From Azolla caroliniana (Eukaryota > Plantae > Polypodiophyta): a stretch of 64,000 bases of DNA. The stretch is from NCBI GenBank assembly GCA_043228905.1, contig JBHGNT010000008.1, forward strand, positions 10,602,001 to 10,666,000, written 5' to 3'. Position 1 is the first letter of the stretch. Every line of letters begins with the position of its first letter. This document shows positions 47,620-62,717 of the stretch, piece after piece. Below the pieces are notes generated by a model. It saw nothing but the letters and a program-made list of their open reading frames with translations. It had not been told where the DNA came from and searched no databases. The translations under genes and the position numbers were made by a program.

Positions 47620-50600
47620 TGTTGCAAACTGAGGCCGTCAATGCGGAAACATCAACGCCACCTAGAAATGACAATCACCGAGTGCACAAGTGAAGGCAAG
47701 ATCAAAGAACAAAAAGAGAGAAAGAGAGAGAGAGATCGAGGCACACAATGTAACAATTTTATTCAATAGTTACAATACAATGGAGGCAACAACTCTCTAA
47801 CAATAGCAAACAACAACTTTTTGAGCTAGGTTACAAAGCCCGTTATATACTAACTGGGCTAGGGCAACTGCCCTTTGACATATTTACATAAAGGTCCTAA
47901 ACCTAGACTCTCCAAGGGACAGTGTGAATATGACCATTAGTCACCCACAATCGACACTCCCCCATAATGGGTGTATAAACAATAAGGAGAGACTGGTAAT
48001 ATAAAGTAGAAGATACATGTTATACAAGGAGATGCTCAAAGCTATCTTTGTTGTCCAACTTCATCAAACTGATTGCTCCTTAACCCCATCTAGTGCCGAC
48101 GTGACCGAAATTGGTGGGCTGCGAGGCACTTGGTCATCCCATCTAATATATTGTCGGCCGTGGAGATCTTCTCAAGGTCGAGCTTCCCTAAAGTTACACC
48201 ATCCCAAACAAAGTGATGCCGAACATAGATATGCTTGGAGGAGTTGTGATGCACCGCATTCATTGACAGGGCAACAACACCTTGACTATCGCTGTAGACA
48301 ACTGGAGCCGAATTGGGTTTGGCTTGTCGAAATGTACACGCCAATCGACCGAGCCATATACCCTCTTTTGCCGCATTAGACGTGGCTACGTATTTAGCCT
48401 CGGTTGTTGAAGTGGTTGTGCACTCCTGAAGTTTTGATTTCCACGAAATTGCTCCATTGCCTAATTTGAAGTAGTATCTCTGGTTGTTCATTTTGACTTG
48501 AAGAGAATAGCGCGGAATATTGTTTGGCCACAACTGAGTCTTGAATCACTTCAATGAGAATGAAACACAGAAATGGGAAGTAGAGAGTACACAGAATGTT
48601 TACGTGGGAAACCCTAATGGGAAAAAACCACGGGAGCCCATAGACTCCAAGCTATCACTATATATAGGAAAGATACAATCAGAGACTCGGAGGCAACAAC
48701 CTCGAGCTCTGTATCTTCGCCAACCAGCGGTTACAATAGAGTATAACTCTGTATCTCCTCTCTCTCTATACAATAGTTATATCAACAACAATATGACAAC
48801 AACCTCATAAAGTGATTGCCCTAAGTCATATTTATACTTATATGAACTTAGGGCTATTTACAAATATAGCCTCAATAGGCTTACTCAAAACATATTTACA
48901 AATATGTCTTCTCTTCTAGTTGTCACTGGGTCCATCCAATCTGGTTTCCAGATCTCTTCCAGTTCTCATCGGGTCCCTTCGATCCGGTTTCCGGATCTCT
49001 TCCGGTTCTCACTAGGTCCTCTTCATTCATAATCGGATCCCATCCGGAGGGACCGACTTCCCAACAATCCCCCCCTTCACTCCGGCATGGGATGTCTTGT
49101 CAGCCCGATCCGCTTTCGGCATGCGTCCTGCTTGTCGGTCATCAACACCTTGGTCAACATATCTGACCTGTTCTCCTCCATGTGGATCTTCGTCATCACG
49201 AACTCTTGATCTTCTACTCTCTCCCGGATCCAGTGGTACCTCCGCTAGATATGTTTCATCCGGGAATGGTAGGCCGCGTTCTTTGCAAGGTGGATGACAC
49301 TTTGACTGTCGCAATAGAGCCGATATTCCTCCTGTTGGATCCCTAGCTCTCCGATGAAGTCATTCATCCAGATTATCTCCTTGCCGGCTTCCACAACTGC
49401 CATGTACTCCGCCTCCATGGTTGACAACGCAATGAACTTCTGCAGCCTCGATTGCCACAAAACAGCTCCCCTTGCATAAGTCATGACATATCCGAATGTA
49501 AACCGGCTGGTATCCGCATCAGCCGACATATCCAAATTGGTGGATCCGTCAAGTTGGGGATTACTGGAGCCAAACCGGAGGCACATACTCGAGGTGCCTT
49601 TCAGATACCGGAGCATCCACTTGACTGCGTTCGAGTGCTCTCTTTCGGGATTGCTCATGAACCGGCTCACCACTTCGATTGCATATCCGATATCCGGCTA
49701 GGTACATACCATCACGTACATTAAGCTTCCGACGACAGAGGCATATGGAATCTTCATCATATCCTTCTTCTCCGCCTTTGTCCTCAGGCTTTGTTTTCCG
49801 GATAGCTTGCAGTTTGCCGGAAGTGTCGATCCGACTGGTTTCACCTCCGACATGTTGAACCATTGAAGCACATTTGTCACGTACTTCTCCTGTGACAACC
49901 ACAACAGTTTCTTCAACCGGTTCCGGATGATGTGCATTCCTAATATCTTTCTTGTCGGACCCAAGTCTTTCATTGAGAAGGTCCGGTTCAAAGCCTTCTT
50001 CAACATCCGAATCTTGCCTTGGTCTCGTTCGATGATCAACATATCATCCACATATAGGAGAAGTATCAGGAAATCTCCATCGTCAAATTTCTTCACAAAC
50101 ACGCAGTGATCGGCCTACGTCTTGTGGTACCCTTGGTCGGTCATGAAGGAGTCGAACATCTGGTACTATTGCCGGGGAGCTTGCTTCAATTCGTATAAGC
50201 TCTTCTTTAACCGGCACACTAGGTGCTCCTTCCCTTTCTTCTCAAATCCTTTCGGTTGATGCATCTAGATTTCTTCTTCAAGGTCGTAGGATGCCGTCCT
50301 GACGTCTAGTGGTCCATGCTTGCCGCTATCCCCAATAATGTCCAGATGGATGTCATCTTTACTACCGGGGCAAAGATCTTGTCGAAATCCACTGCTTTCT
50401 TCTGCTGGAACCCCTTCACCACGATCTGGGCTTTGTACCTTGGTGGATTTCCGACATCTCCCGGTCTCAGCTTGTACACCTAGTTGTTCCGGAGTGCTCT
50501 TCCCTTTTGGCAACTCCGTCAGTTCATATGTGTGGTTCTCATGCAGGGAATCCATCTCGTCCTGCATGGCACTGAACCACTTGTGGCTGTGGGTGTCTTT

Positions 50601-52010
50601 CTTTGCTTCTTCGAAGCTTTCCCGCTCCCCCTCATCGGTTAGCAACACATGCTCTGCATCAGGAAATCTCCGGGGGGCTCTTCTCTCTCGAAGAGGATAT
50701 CTCCATCCCTGGTTTATGACCACAGGTTCCTTCGTTTGTTCCAAATCCAAATCCGATTTGGGATCTTGTCCAGTTCCAGTGTCTTCTTCTTCTTCTTTGG
50801 TCGGTTTGGTTCTTGTCCATATCCGACTGATTCGTCGAGTGTCATCTGGTTACCCGCTAACATCCGGTTTTCAACCGGGTAAGTCCTTGTGTCCTCAAAC
50901 CGGTTTTCATTGGATAATCCGGAGTTCATCATCTTCTTCTCTGACTCCCAATCGGCAATGGTCATGTCTTCCATGAAGACTATGTCCCAACTCCGGAACA
51001 CCTTCTTGTCGACTAGATCCCACACCCGGTAACCGAACTCATCATCGCCGTATCCAAGGAATATGCATGGCCTGGACTTTGGATCTAGCTTTGCTCTCTT
51101 GTCCTTTGCACCATGCACATATGCGAGACAGCCGAACACCTTCAAATGCCGGTAAGACACATCCTTACCGGTCCATACTCTTTGCGGTGTGTCTCCGTCC
51201 TAGGGTACTGAGGGTGATCTGTTTATCACGTAAGTCGCCGTCGTCAGCACCTCAGCCCAAAACTTCTTGGGTAACTTGGCATGTGCTAGCATGCTCCGGA
51301 CTCTCTCCATTATGGTCTAGTTCATCCGTTCAGCCAGCCCGTTTAGTTCTGGCACCTTCAACATGGTAAATTTGAGCCGGATTCCCTTCGACCGGCAATA
51401 CTCCTCGAACTGCCCCCAGTATTCTCTTCTGTTGTTTGTTCAAACCACCTTCAACTTCTAGTCGGTTTCTCTTTCTACTCTCACGTGAAGTTCCTTGAAG
51501 ACGGATAGCAGTTGATCCTTCGTCTTCAATGGTGAGACCCACAACTTCTGGCTGTGGTCATCTATGAATGTCACGAAGTACTATGATCTGGCATGTGACT
51601 TCGTGTCCACTTGACACACATCGGTATGTACCAGCTCTAGTGGTGCATTCTATCTCATCGGGTGTCTTGACCGGAAGGAGGTTCAGTTTTGCTTGCCGGC
51701 CAAGCAATAGGTGCACTTCTCAAGTTGCACGTCCTTCACCGAAATGAGATTGTCTTCGGAGAGTCTCTTCATCCCCGTTTGGCTCATATGACACAGTCTC
51801 TTGTGCCACAGCTCACCGGCAGTGTCGGATGCTACGTTCACTTCTTCCTGGCGTATCCAAGCATTCACTTGATGTCATCAACAACACATCTCCTATGCTG
51901 ATAATTTGGCATGTACCTTCATTCCCCAATTGGACAAAACCATGATCACCCACTATGTAGGATGAGAAGCATTTCTGATCTGGTCTCAGGTGGAACGGCG
52001 CTCCGGAATC

Positions 52011-52252
52011 TATTACCGTACGAGATGTACGGGTGATTGATAAGTGTGATAAGTAAGGGTGAAAGATGTAACATGTTGATATGTATGTGTAATTTTATAC
52101 GATTATGAGTGTGAATGTAAGTGTGAGTGTGGTGGATACAAAGAGGTGTGAGTAGTGACAAGGTGTGAATGCCAAGGGGGCTTGCACCCTTGTGTATCTA
52201 CCCCTTTGTACCTAGTTAACCCCTTATGGGGAATGAATGAACACAAGGAACA

Positions 52253-52305
<53 letters not shown>

Positions 52306-52540
52306 CATCTTTCTCTCTCTCTCTCTCTCCCCCCCTTAATGTTGAACCCCCTTGGGAGGGGGGTGGAGCCATTCTAAGCACCACCCCCACCCCGCAATGC
52401 TTCTCAATGCTTGTCTTGTTCTTCATGTTCTCTCTCACCATCATACCATTCATCATCTCCACCATTACACCATGCCTATCTTCATCATCAATCATAATCA
52501 TTATCATAAATATTAACCCTAACCCTAAAAACCTATAACA
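52011..52540. mobile_element. Solo LTR (530 bp) of a further family inserted in the element F protease region
   Basis: TATTA (mutated TGTTA)...TAACA ends, 5-bp TSD GAATC, (CT)n tract, telomere-like AACCCTAACCCTAAA near one end. Confidence 0.82.
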
Positions 52541-53816
52541 GAATCGACAACTCACGTTGTCTCGTCGCCGACAACGTTTAACTCATTCTCCTCGGTAATG
52601 AGCATCGGTTCCTCTTCACTTGTCGTGATTGCCGATGTTCCTTTCCGATCTGGGCCTCTCTGGTCCGAACTGTTTCGATCTGAACTATTCTTCGAATCGG
52701 TAGTGCCGGTTTCTTTCTCTTTCAAGGAATGCTGGTAGTTCTTCTGGAAATGCCCCGGCTTCCCATAGTAGAAGCAAGTAGGCCTCCCCCTTGACTTTGA
52801 CCTCATCCCCGATTTGTCCCGGTTTTGGGGACTCCGATACTGGCCTCTTCCCCGGTTGTGGGCATCTTCCATGAATAAGGCCTTCGGATAGGTTCCGGAC
52901 TCCCAGTCCTTCCGGCGAGCTTCGTCATCTAGCACGCTTGAGAACTAGTAAATCCTAGGGACAACTGTTTTCCTTCCGCCCTGGCGTTGCCCAACATGAC
53001 AACTAGCGTCTCCCAACTATCCGGGAGGGAACCGAGCATGAGTAATGTGAGTACCTCATCGGCGAGAGGTACTTCCAACGAGGTTGCTTGGTGTATTAGC
53101 CCCTGGAAGGCATTCATGTGCTCCATCATCCTGGAGTCATCCTGGTACCGGAGCCTCACTAGCTTCCAGAATACCGAAACTCGATTAACGACATTCTTGT
53201 TCTAGAACAGGATGTCGATCTTCTCCTAGAGTTCATGAGCCTTGCTCTCTTCATTGAAGTTGTTGTACATGCTCATGTCGATGAAGCACCGGATGTATGC
53301 CATCGTCTTCATGTGCATCACCTCCCACGTTGTGGCGTCGATCTTATCCGGTCTCTTGTCCCCAAACTGAACCGGCAACCAAAGATCTTTAACCACCAGC
53401 ATATCCCTCATCTTCGACTTCCACACTGTGTAGTTAGAGCCGGTGAGCTTGAACATGCTGCCGAACGATTCTTCCATTTCCTGTGTTGTTCGCTCTGATA
53501 CTAGATTGAAGAGAATAACGCGGAATATTGCTCGGCCACAATCGAGTCTTGAATCACTTCAATGAGAATGAAACACAAAAATGGGAAGTAGAGAGTACAC
53601 AGAATGTTTACGTGGAAAACCCTAATGGGAAAAAACCACGGGAGCTCACAGACTCCAAGGTATCACTATATATAGGAAAGATACAGTCACAGACTCAGAG
53701 GCAACAACCTTGAACTCTGTATCTTCGCCAATCAGTGGTTACAATAGAGTCTAACTATGTATCTCCTCTCTCTCTATACAACATTTATATCAACAATAAT
53801 ATGACAACAACCTCAT

Positions 53817-56800
53817 TGTGAATGTTAAGGTGCGGAAGCGTTAGACAGAACCGGCTCAGGCGGGTAGCAATAGAGAATAAGATGAAGGTTTAATGGAGAA
53901 CTTAATACACAAAGAATATGCATGGGAGAGACAGAGAGAGCAGAATGTAAGCATAGATTCAAGAAATAGAAAATACTCTATAACTCTGTACAAACAACGT
54001 GCTAAACAGCACTATTTATACAAGTCCATAGAGGACTGACAAAAGTACTGACAGGTACTTCAATATTCCTACGTGAGACTGACACTAACTACGAGACAAT
54101 GATTACCTAGTAGTCTAGGCTACTACTAGGCTTTCGGTTCTCGCTCAAATCCGGTGCTGATCCGTCTCCCCGGTACGGCCGGTTGATTCCGGATACCGAT
54201 CCGGCTCATCCTTCTGGATGCCGATCCGGATCCGCTTGAGCTTGCTCGCTCAACACTCCCCCTCAAGCTCAACTTGAGGTCGGATCGTGGTGTTAGTGTC
54301 TGTGGCAACCGGTTCTCTTACGCTGCTCCTTCTGGCGTTGCTCCGCCTTGCTTGCGTTCCTTGTCCGGTCCAGTCCTGTTTGTCGCGACCCTTCTGGTTC
54401 TACGCACCTCAACCTCCTCGGTCGGCTTGTCTGCTCAAGAGGCCCATTTTAGCTCCCTCGATGTTGTAACTCCAACGCTTGTCGACCTATCGGTTCCTTC
54501 ATGTTGGCGTCGACTTCCGCTGCCTCCGTTTGGCCTTTAGTTGATCCGTCTTCTCCGAATCTTGAACCGAATCATTTTCCTTGGATTCGTTCCAGATCTT
54601 GTCCGAATCGAAGGAAAGCATATCAGACCATGTCCAGGTTTTGGCCTTCTCCTTCCGGTTGGCTGTGTCCTTGATGACTCTGCCGCCGCTGCCGCTCATT
54701 TCGACTTGTTAGGATGTTCCGAATTCCTTTGTTGATTCGATTTCCTTTTTCCCTTTGTCTCCCCCTTTGTTGGTTCTTTCTTCCTCTCCGGCTCCTTGTC
54801 CGGTGCCATCTGTATCCTTTCCTTTTCTCCCCCTGAAGTGTGGCACGTCAATATGCTGGCCACCAAGCATTTCGGTGAAGTGCTGCAACTTGTCTGATCC
54901 GAGCGGTTTGGTGAAGATATCGGCAACTTGCCGATCCGTCTGAACATATCGAAGTTCAAGTTCACCGCTCAAAACCTGCTCACGCACAAAGTGATAGTGG
55001 ACTTCTATGTGCTTCGTCGGAGCATGGAACACGGGGTTCTTGGCGAGCTGAATGCTGCTCATGTTGTCACAATAGATCAGGATCGGGGTTGGTACCTCAA
55101 TCCACAGGTCTTGCAGCAGTCGTCAAAGCCAGATGGCTTCATAGGTGGCATTGGTAGCGTCCTGGTATTTAGTCTCAGTGCTCGACAGAGCAACTGTTGG
55201 CTGCTTCTTGTTGCTCCACGCAACAGCTACGCTACTTAGAGAAAACATGCAACCAGAGGTGGATCGATGATCCGATACATCACAAGCCCAGTCGGCATCT
55301 ACATATTCAACTAGCTTCCCAGCTATATGACAGGAATGCACGCTCCCTTTCCACACCGCTCGGCCACAACCGAGTCTAAAATCGAACACAGAAACCGGAT
55401 AATGAAATGCACGACACAAAGGAGAGAAGAGTACACAGGATGTTTAACGTGGAAAACCTTGAGATGGAAAAACCACGGGAGTCCACTGACTCCAAACTAT
55501 CACTATATCACAATGATTACGATAGTGAGCTCACGGAGGCAACGACCTCGTGTTCATGATCTTCACCACAGGCGGCGATTACAACAGAGGCAACGACCTC
55601 TTCCTCTCTCTGTCTCTCTGTACACAGTTGCGCTCTAATCTTTCGCCAACAAGAATGACAACAACCTTATTCTCTGTTTGCCCTAAGTCATATTTATACT
55701 AATATGACTTTTTGGTTATTTACAAATATAGTCCCGATGGACTCTCAGAAACATATTTACAAATATGTCCCTTCATTCGGTGAGCGCTTCTCACCGGGCC
55801 TTCACCATCCGGCTCTTGCCGGGTACTCCTCATCCGGTTCTCAATGGGTCTTCCGTAGCCGGGGTCATCCGGTTCTCACCGGGTCTTCCGTAGCCGGGTA
55901 CAACTCACTTGCCATCCGGAGAGACCTGTTTCCTAACAAACTCCTCCTTCACTCCGACATGGGATGTCGTACTAGTCCGATCCGCTTCCTACATGCATCC
56001 AACTTGTCGGGTATTAGTACTTTGGTCAGCATATCTTCGTCAGTGCGAACTCCTGGTCATCTACTCTTTCCCGGATCCAGTGATACCTTCGCTGGATATG
56101 CTTCGTCCAGTAATGGTAGGCCGCATTCTTAGCAAGGTGGATGGCACTTTGAATGTCGCAATAGAGTCGGTATTCATCTTGCCGGATACCGAGCTCTCTG
56201 ATGAAGTCCTTCATCCATAATATTTCCTTGCCGGCTTCCACAGCCGCCATGTACTCCGCCTTCGTGGTTGACAACGCAACCGTCTTTTGCAGCCTCGACT
56301 GCCACGAAACAACTCCCCCTGCATATGTTATTACATACTCGGATGTAGACCGGCTGGTATCCACATCAGCCGACATGTCTGAATCGGTAAAACCGTCAAG
56401 TTGAGGTTTACTGGAGCCGAATTGGAGACACATGTTCGAAGTGCCCTTCAAGTACCGGAGTATCCATTCGACCGCGTTTCAGTGCTCCTTGCCGGGATTG
56501 CTAATAAACCGGCTCACCACTCCGATTGCGTATCCTATATCCGGTCAGGTACACACCATTGCATACATTAAGCTCCCAACGACAGAGGCATATGGAACCT
56601 TTATCATATCATCCTTCTTTGCTTTCGTCTTCGGGTTTTGCTTACTAGATAACCTGCAGTTTGCCAGAAGTGTCGAACTGACCAGTTTCGCATCTGACAT
56701 GTTGAACCGCTGAAGCACCTTTGTCACGTATTTCTCCTGTGACAGCCACAGTTGATTCGGTGGCCCGTTCCGGATGATATGCATCCCCAGTATCTGTCTT

Positions 56801-59800
56801 GCCGGACCCAAGTCTTTCATCGCAAAGGTTCGGTTGAGAGCCTTCTTCAGCATCCGTATTTTTGCTTGGTCCCGTCTGACGATCAACATGTCATCCACGT
56901 ACAGAAGGAGTATTAGGAAGTCGCCTTCTTTGAACTTCTTCACAAACACGCAGTGATCAGCCTGCATATTGTGTTACCCTTGATCGGTCATGAAGGAGTC
57001 GAACTTCCGGTACCATTGACGGGGAGCCTGCTTCAGTCCATACAGGCTCTTCTTCAACCGGCATACCAGGTGCTTCTTCCCTTTCTCCACGAATCCTTCC
57101 GGTTGCGGCATGTAGATCTCCTCTTCGAAATCACCGTGAAGGAATGTCGTCTTCACGTCCAGCTGCTCTACCTCGAGGTTCATGCTTGCCACTATACTTA
57201 CCACTATCCGGCTGGAGGTCATCATTACTACCGGGGCAAATATCTCGTCAAATTCCACACCCTTCTTCTACTGGAAACCCTTCACCATGATCCTGGCTTT
57301 GTATCTCAGGGGGTTGCCAGCATCTCCCGGTTTCAACTTGTACACCCACTTATTTCGGAGTGCCCACTTTCCTTTGGCAACTCCACCAATTCGTACGTAT
57401 GGTTCTAATGCAGGGAATCCATCTCATCTTGCATGGCACTTAACCATTTGTGGCTATGGGTTTCATCCTTCGCCTCTACGAAGCTTTCTGGCTCTCCCTC
57501 ATCGGTCAGCGGCACATGCTCTGAATCCGGAAATCTTCGGGGGCCCTTCTCTCTCTGAGAGGATAGCTCCATCTTTGGCCATCGGCAACCGGCTCCACTA
57601 TTTGACCTTCATCCAAATCCGATTCGGGGTCTTGGCCGGTTCTGGTTTCAACTTCCTCTACTTCTTCTTCTGCCAGTTCGGTATCGTCACCGTAACCGGC
57701 TAGTTCCTCGAGTGCTAACCAGTCTCTTGCCGGTTGGGTCTGCTCATCGTAAAGTCGATCCTTACCGGTCGACTCGAAGTTCATTATCTTCTTCTCCGAC
57801 TCTCTGTCAGCGAGCGTCTTGTCCTCCATGAAGATAATATCTCAACTCCGGAATACCTTCTTGTCGTCCAGGTCCCACACTCGGTAGCCGAACTCATCGT
57901 CGCCATAACCGAGGAATATGCATGGCCGGGTCTTTGGATCTAGTTTTTCTCTCCGGTCCTTAGCTACATGCACATACGCAAGACACCCGAATACCTTTAG
58001 ATGCCGGTAGGATACTTCCTTACCGGTCCATACTCTCTGTGGCGTGTCTCCGTCCAAGGGTACTGAGGGTGATCTGTTTATCACATATGTCGTCGTCGAT
58101 AGTGCCTCAGCCCAAAACTTCTTGGGTAATTTTGCATGCGCCAACATACTCTGGACCCTCTCCATTATGGTCTGGTTCATCCTCTCGACTAGCCCATTTA
58201 GTTCCGGCATCTTCGGCACGGTAAATTCGAGCCGGATTCCCTTGGAGTGACAGTACTCCTCGAACTGCCCCCGGTATTCACCTCCGTTATCTGCTCGAAT
58301 CGCCTTCAGCTTCCGGCCGGTTTCTCTTTCCACTCTCGCGTGGAGCTTTTTGAAGACGGATAACACTTGATCCTTCGTCTTCAACGGTGTGGCCCACAAC
58401 TTCCGGCTATGGTCATCGATGAACGTCACGAAGTACTGCGATCCTGCATGTGACTTCGTGTCCACTTGACACACATCAGTATGCACCAACTCCAGTGGTG
58501 CATTACGTCTCATGGGTGGCCTTGGTCGGAAGGAGGTCCGGTTTTGGTTACCGGCCAGACAATTAGTGCACTTCTCCAAGTGCACGTTCTTCACTGGAAT
58601 GAGGTTGTCGTCTGCCATCCTCTTCATCCCCTTCTCGCTCATTTGACACAGCCTTTTCTGCCACAACTTACTGGTAGTGTCGGATGCCACGTTCACTTCC
58701 TCCGGACATAACCGGGCATTCATCAGGTACAGTGTGTTTACCTTCTGGGCTCAAGCCACAATCAGGCTCCCTTTGCTGAACTTCATAACACCGTTCCGGA
58801 TACTACCCGTGTAGCCTTCATCATCTAGCCGACCGGCTGATATCAGATTCAGACGAACCTCCGGAACGTGTCGGACATCCTTCAACAACAGCTTGCATCC
58901 GGTTGGTGTTGTCAACTACATGTCTCCTATGCCGACGATTTGGCATGTACCTTCATTCCCCATCCGAACACAGCCGTGATCACCGGCTGAGTAGGATGAG
59001 AAGCATTTCTGGTCCGGGGTAAGGTGGAACGACGCTCCGGAGTCGACCACCCAGGTCATCTCGTCACCGGCAAGGTTTAGCTCACTCTCCTCGGTGATGA
59101 GCATCAACTCTTCTTCACTCACTGCGATTGTCGTCGTTCCCTTCCGGTCCGGCCCCCTCCGGTCTTTACCGTTCCGGTCCGGTGTCCGCTTCGAATTGGT
59201 ACCGTCAGTTTCCTTGTCTTTTCGGAAATGCAGACAGTTCTTCTGAAAGTGTCCCGGCTTTCTGCAATAGAAGCAGGTAGACCTTCCCTTTGACTTTGAC
59301 CGTGTCCCCGACTTTTCCTGGTTCTGGGGACTCCGGTTCCTTTGGCTTCCGCGTTCCGATTCGGTAAAGAGCGCTTTGGAGTCGGAGCTCGTATCCTTAT
59401 CTTTCCGACGCGCCTCCTCATCTAGCAAGCTCAACTTCACTCTTGCTAGGGATAACCGTTTTCCTTCCGGCCCGGCGTTGCCCAAGGTGACAACCAACGT
59501 CTCCCAGCTATCTGAGAGGGAACCGAGAAGGAGTAGTGCTAGTACCTCATCGGCAAGAGGTACTTCCAATTATGTTGGCTGGTGGATCAGCCCCTGGAAA
59601 GCATTCATGTGCTCTGCCATGCTGGAGCCATCTTGGTACCGGAGTCTTACTAGCTTCCGGAATACCGAAACCTGATTAACAACATTTTTTGTTTTGAAAC
59701 ATAATGCCGATCTTCTCCCAGAGCTCATGAGCCTTGCTCTCTTCATTGAAGTTGTTGTATAGACTAATGTTGATGAAGCACCGTATGTAAGCCGTTGTCT

Positions 59801-62682
59801 TCATGTGCATCACCTCCCATATCGCGGTGTCGATTTTGTCCGGTCTCTTGTCCCCGAATTGAACCGGCAGCCAAAGGTCTTTAACCACAAGCATGTCTCT
59901 CATCTTCGACTTCCACACCGAATAGTTGGAGCCAGTGAGCTTGAACATGCCTCCCAACGAATCGTCCATTTTTCTGTGTTGCCTCGCTCTGATACCACTT
60001 TGACAGGAATGCACGCTCCCTTTCTACACCGCTCGGCCACAACCGAGTCTAAAATCGAACACAGAAACCGGATAATGAAACGCACGACACAAAGGAGAGA
60101 AGAGTACACAGGATGTTTAAGGTGGGAAACCTTGAGAGGGAAAAACCACGGGAGTCCACAGACTCCAAACTATCACTATATCACAATGATTACGACAGTG
60201 AGCTCACGGAGGCAACGATCTCGTGCTCACGATCTTCGCCACAGGCGGTGGTTACAACAGACACAACGACCTCTTCCTCTCTCTCTCTCTCTCTGTACAC
60301 AGTTGCGCTCTAATCTTTCGCCAACAAGAATGACAACAACCTTATTCTCTGTTTGCCCTAAGTCATATTTATACTAATATGACTTTTTGGCTATTTACAA
60401 ATATAGCTCCGATGGACTCTCAGAAACATATTTACAAATATGTCCCTTCATCTGGTGAGCGCTTCTATCGGGCCTTCACCATCCGGCTCTTGCTGGGTAC
60501 TCCTCATCCGGTTCTCACCGGGTCTTCCGTAGCCGGGTACTCGTCATCCGGTTCTCACCGGGTCTTCCGTAGCCTAGTAGTCGTCATCCGGTTCTCACCG
60601 GATCTTCCGTAGCCGGGTACAACTCACTTGCCAACTGGAGAGACCTGTTTCCTAACACGTTTTGCTCTGATACCAGTTTGACAGGAATACATGCTCCCTA
60701 AGCGCAACACTCAGCCGATCCGCTTGTGCCATAGGTTGATGTCTAACTCGACCTTTTGCCCTTTGGCAAATATGGTGGTGCCAATGTCATTAGTGTTGAG
60801 GATGAACATCCTCCCTTCTCTGCGCCCTTGCGCAATTATCCAGCCTTCTTCCTCGATGAAGCACCCTAGGTGCGTAAACCGCACCTGCATCCCTGGTCGA
60901 CGATTTGTGCAACTGACACTAGGATCTTTGTGATAGTCAGAACGTGTAGTACGTTCATCAACTTGCCCTTTTGTCCAACATGGCTTAAAGGGACTTCTCG
61001 GACATGTACAATCGGTTGAGGGATGTTGTCTCTGGTTTCGACAATCCCCGGTTGTTCTGGCTTCTCCAAAAAAGAGAACCACTCTTCATGGCTCGTCATG
61101 TGGTTGGACGCTCTGGAATCAACATACCATACTTCCTCCAGAAGTAGTCTTCTTCATCGAGTTAGCCTTGTGCTTCATCACGAAGGCTGGCCCTTTATCG
61201 GTTTTCCTGGTTCCGGATCCTTCCGATCCTTCTGCGTAGTCTGAGCTTTGCCAATTCTCCCGACCGGTTTTGCCGGATCCGGATTTGTCCGAATCGGCGT
61301 GCTTCTTCCATCACTTGCTTTCCCTGTGGCCCTTTTGCCACAGTTCTAGGATTCCGTGTCGGCTTTTCCTTGCTGGTTCCCAGTGGCGCCTTGACTCCCC
61401 CTTCTTGTGGAGGGTCCAGAACTGTTGTCGGCACCACCTCTGTGCCTGCGGTCCTGCTCTTGCCGGCCGCCTCCATTGCGTGCCGACCCACCTCGTCCCC
61501 CACGTCCATGGGGCCGATCTGTCTCCGTTTACAGCATCCGGCCGTCCGATTGAGTGGTCCTTGACCCACTCGCGTGGTTTTCTTCTACCATCAACATCGA
61601 TTGCAAGTCGAAGAAAGATGGTGGTTTCTCCCGGGTGCAGATCGCTGTCTGGATTGGCCAGTACCTTTGCGCAAGACCATTGAGGCAGATTTGTACCATC
61701 TCGTCTTCGTCCACCATCACATTGATGGACTCGAGTGCATCGCAAATCTCCTTTAACTTGGTGGTGTAGTCCATAACCGACATGTCTCTTTGCCAGATGT
61801 TGTTCAACTCTTGCCAAAGCTGCAACTTATGGGTTGTGGTACTCGCGGCGAAAATCTTCCTCAGATTTCCCAGGCCTCCTTTGGCGTTTTTGCATCATTT
61901 ATGTATTCGAGCATTTGATCGTGCACACAGGATGCGAGGCAGTACAATACTCGGCTCGCTCCTTGCTCCCATACCGAGAAGTCATTGTGTGTTGGCTCCG
62001 GCGCTACCTCGTTTGTTCGTTCCATGAAACTCCAATATCCATGCCCTAGCAGGTACTGGTGTATTTTATATGATCAGGACGCGTAGTTGCTCCAGTCGAG
62101 CTTTTCTGTGCGAAGTGAACTCGCCTTACCTCTGTCCATATATTTCTCTATCTATCATTACCGGGTATTAGGGTTTGTCTTCGAAAGCATTTGTCGACTG
62201 CAGAGGTTCGCAACCCTCGTGCTCTGATACCATGTGAATGTTAAGGTGCGGAAGCATTAGACAGAACCGGCTCAGCCGGGTAGCAACTGAGAATAAGATG
62301 AAGGTTTAATGGAGAACTTAATACATAGAGAATATGCGTGGGAGAGATAGAGAGGGCAGAACGTAAGCGTAGATTCAAAAAATGAAAATACTCTGTAACT
62401 CTGTACATACAACGTGCTAAACAACACTATTTATACAAGTCCATAAAGGACTGACAGAAGTACTGACAAGTACTTCAATATTCCTACGTGCAATTGACAC
62501 TAACTACGAGACAATGATTACCTAGTAGTCTAGGCTACTACTAGGCTTCCAGTTCCCGCTTGAATACGGCTCTCTGATCCGTCTCCCTAATCCGGCCGGT
62601 TGTTTCCAGATACCATCGGGATACCGATCCGGCTCAGGCTTGTTCAGCCGATCCGGATCCGGTTGAGCTTGCTTGCTCAACA
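53817..62682 (-). mobile_element. Family D Copia element D3, internally deleted (most of IN and RT missing), inserted in the F 5' LTR
   Basis: LTRs 53817-54255 and 62233-62682, TSD CTCAT/CTCAG, PBS 62221-62232, gag/PR at 60700-62140, RNase H at 54830-55327. Confidence 0.9.
55328..60657 (-). mobile_element. Family A Copia element H, both LTRs present but no TSD
   Basis: LTRs 55328-55938 and 60001-60657, PBS 59986-59997, fragmented gag-pol ORFs; flanks CTATA vs CGTTT do not match. Confidence 0.92.
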
Positions 62683-62717
62683 CTCAGAAAGTGATTGCCC
62701 TAAGTCATATTTATACT

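Noticed and set aside
52515-52530. Interstitial telomere
   Set aside because: Only about two repeat units inside a solo LTR; at most a telo-box-like motif.
52103-52555. ORFs of 127-150 aa with ER/SL repeats
   Set aside because: Translations of a (CT)n tract within a solo LTR.
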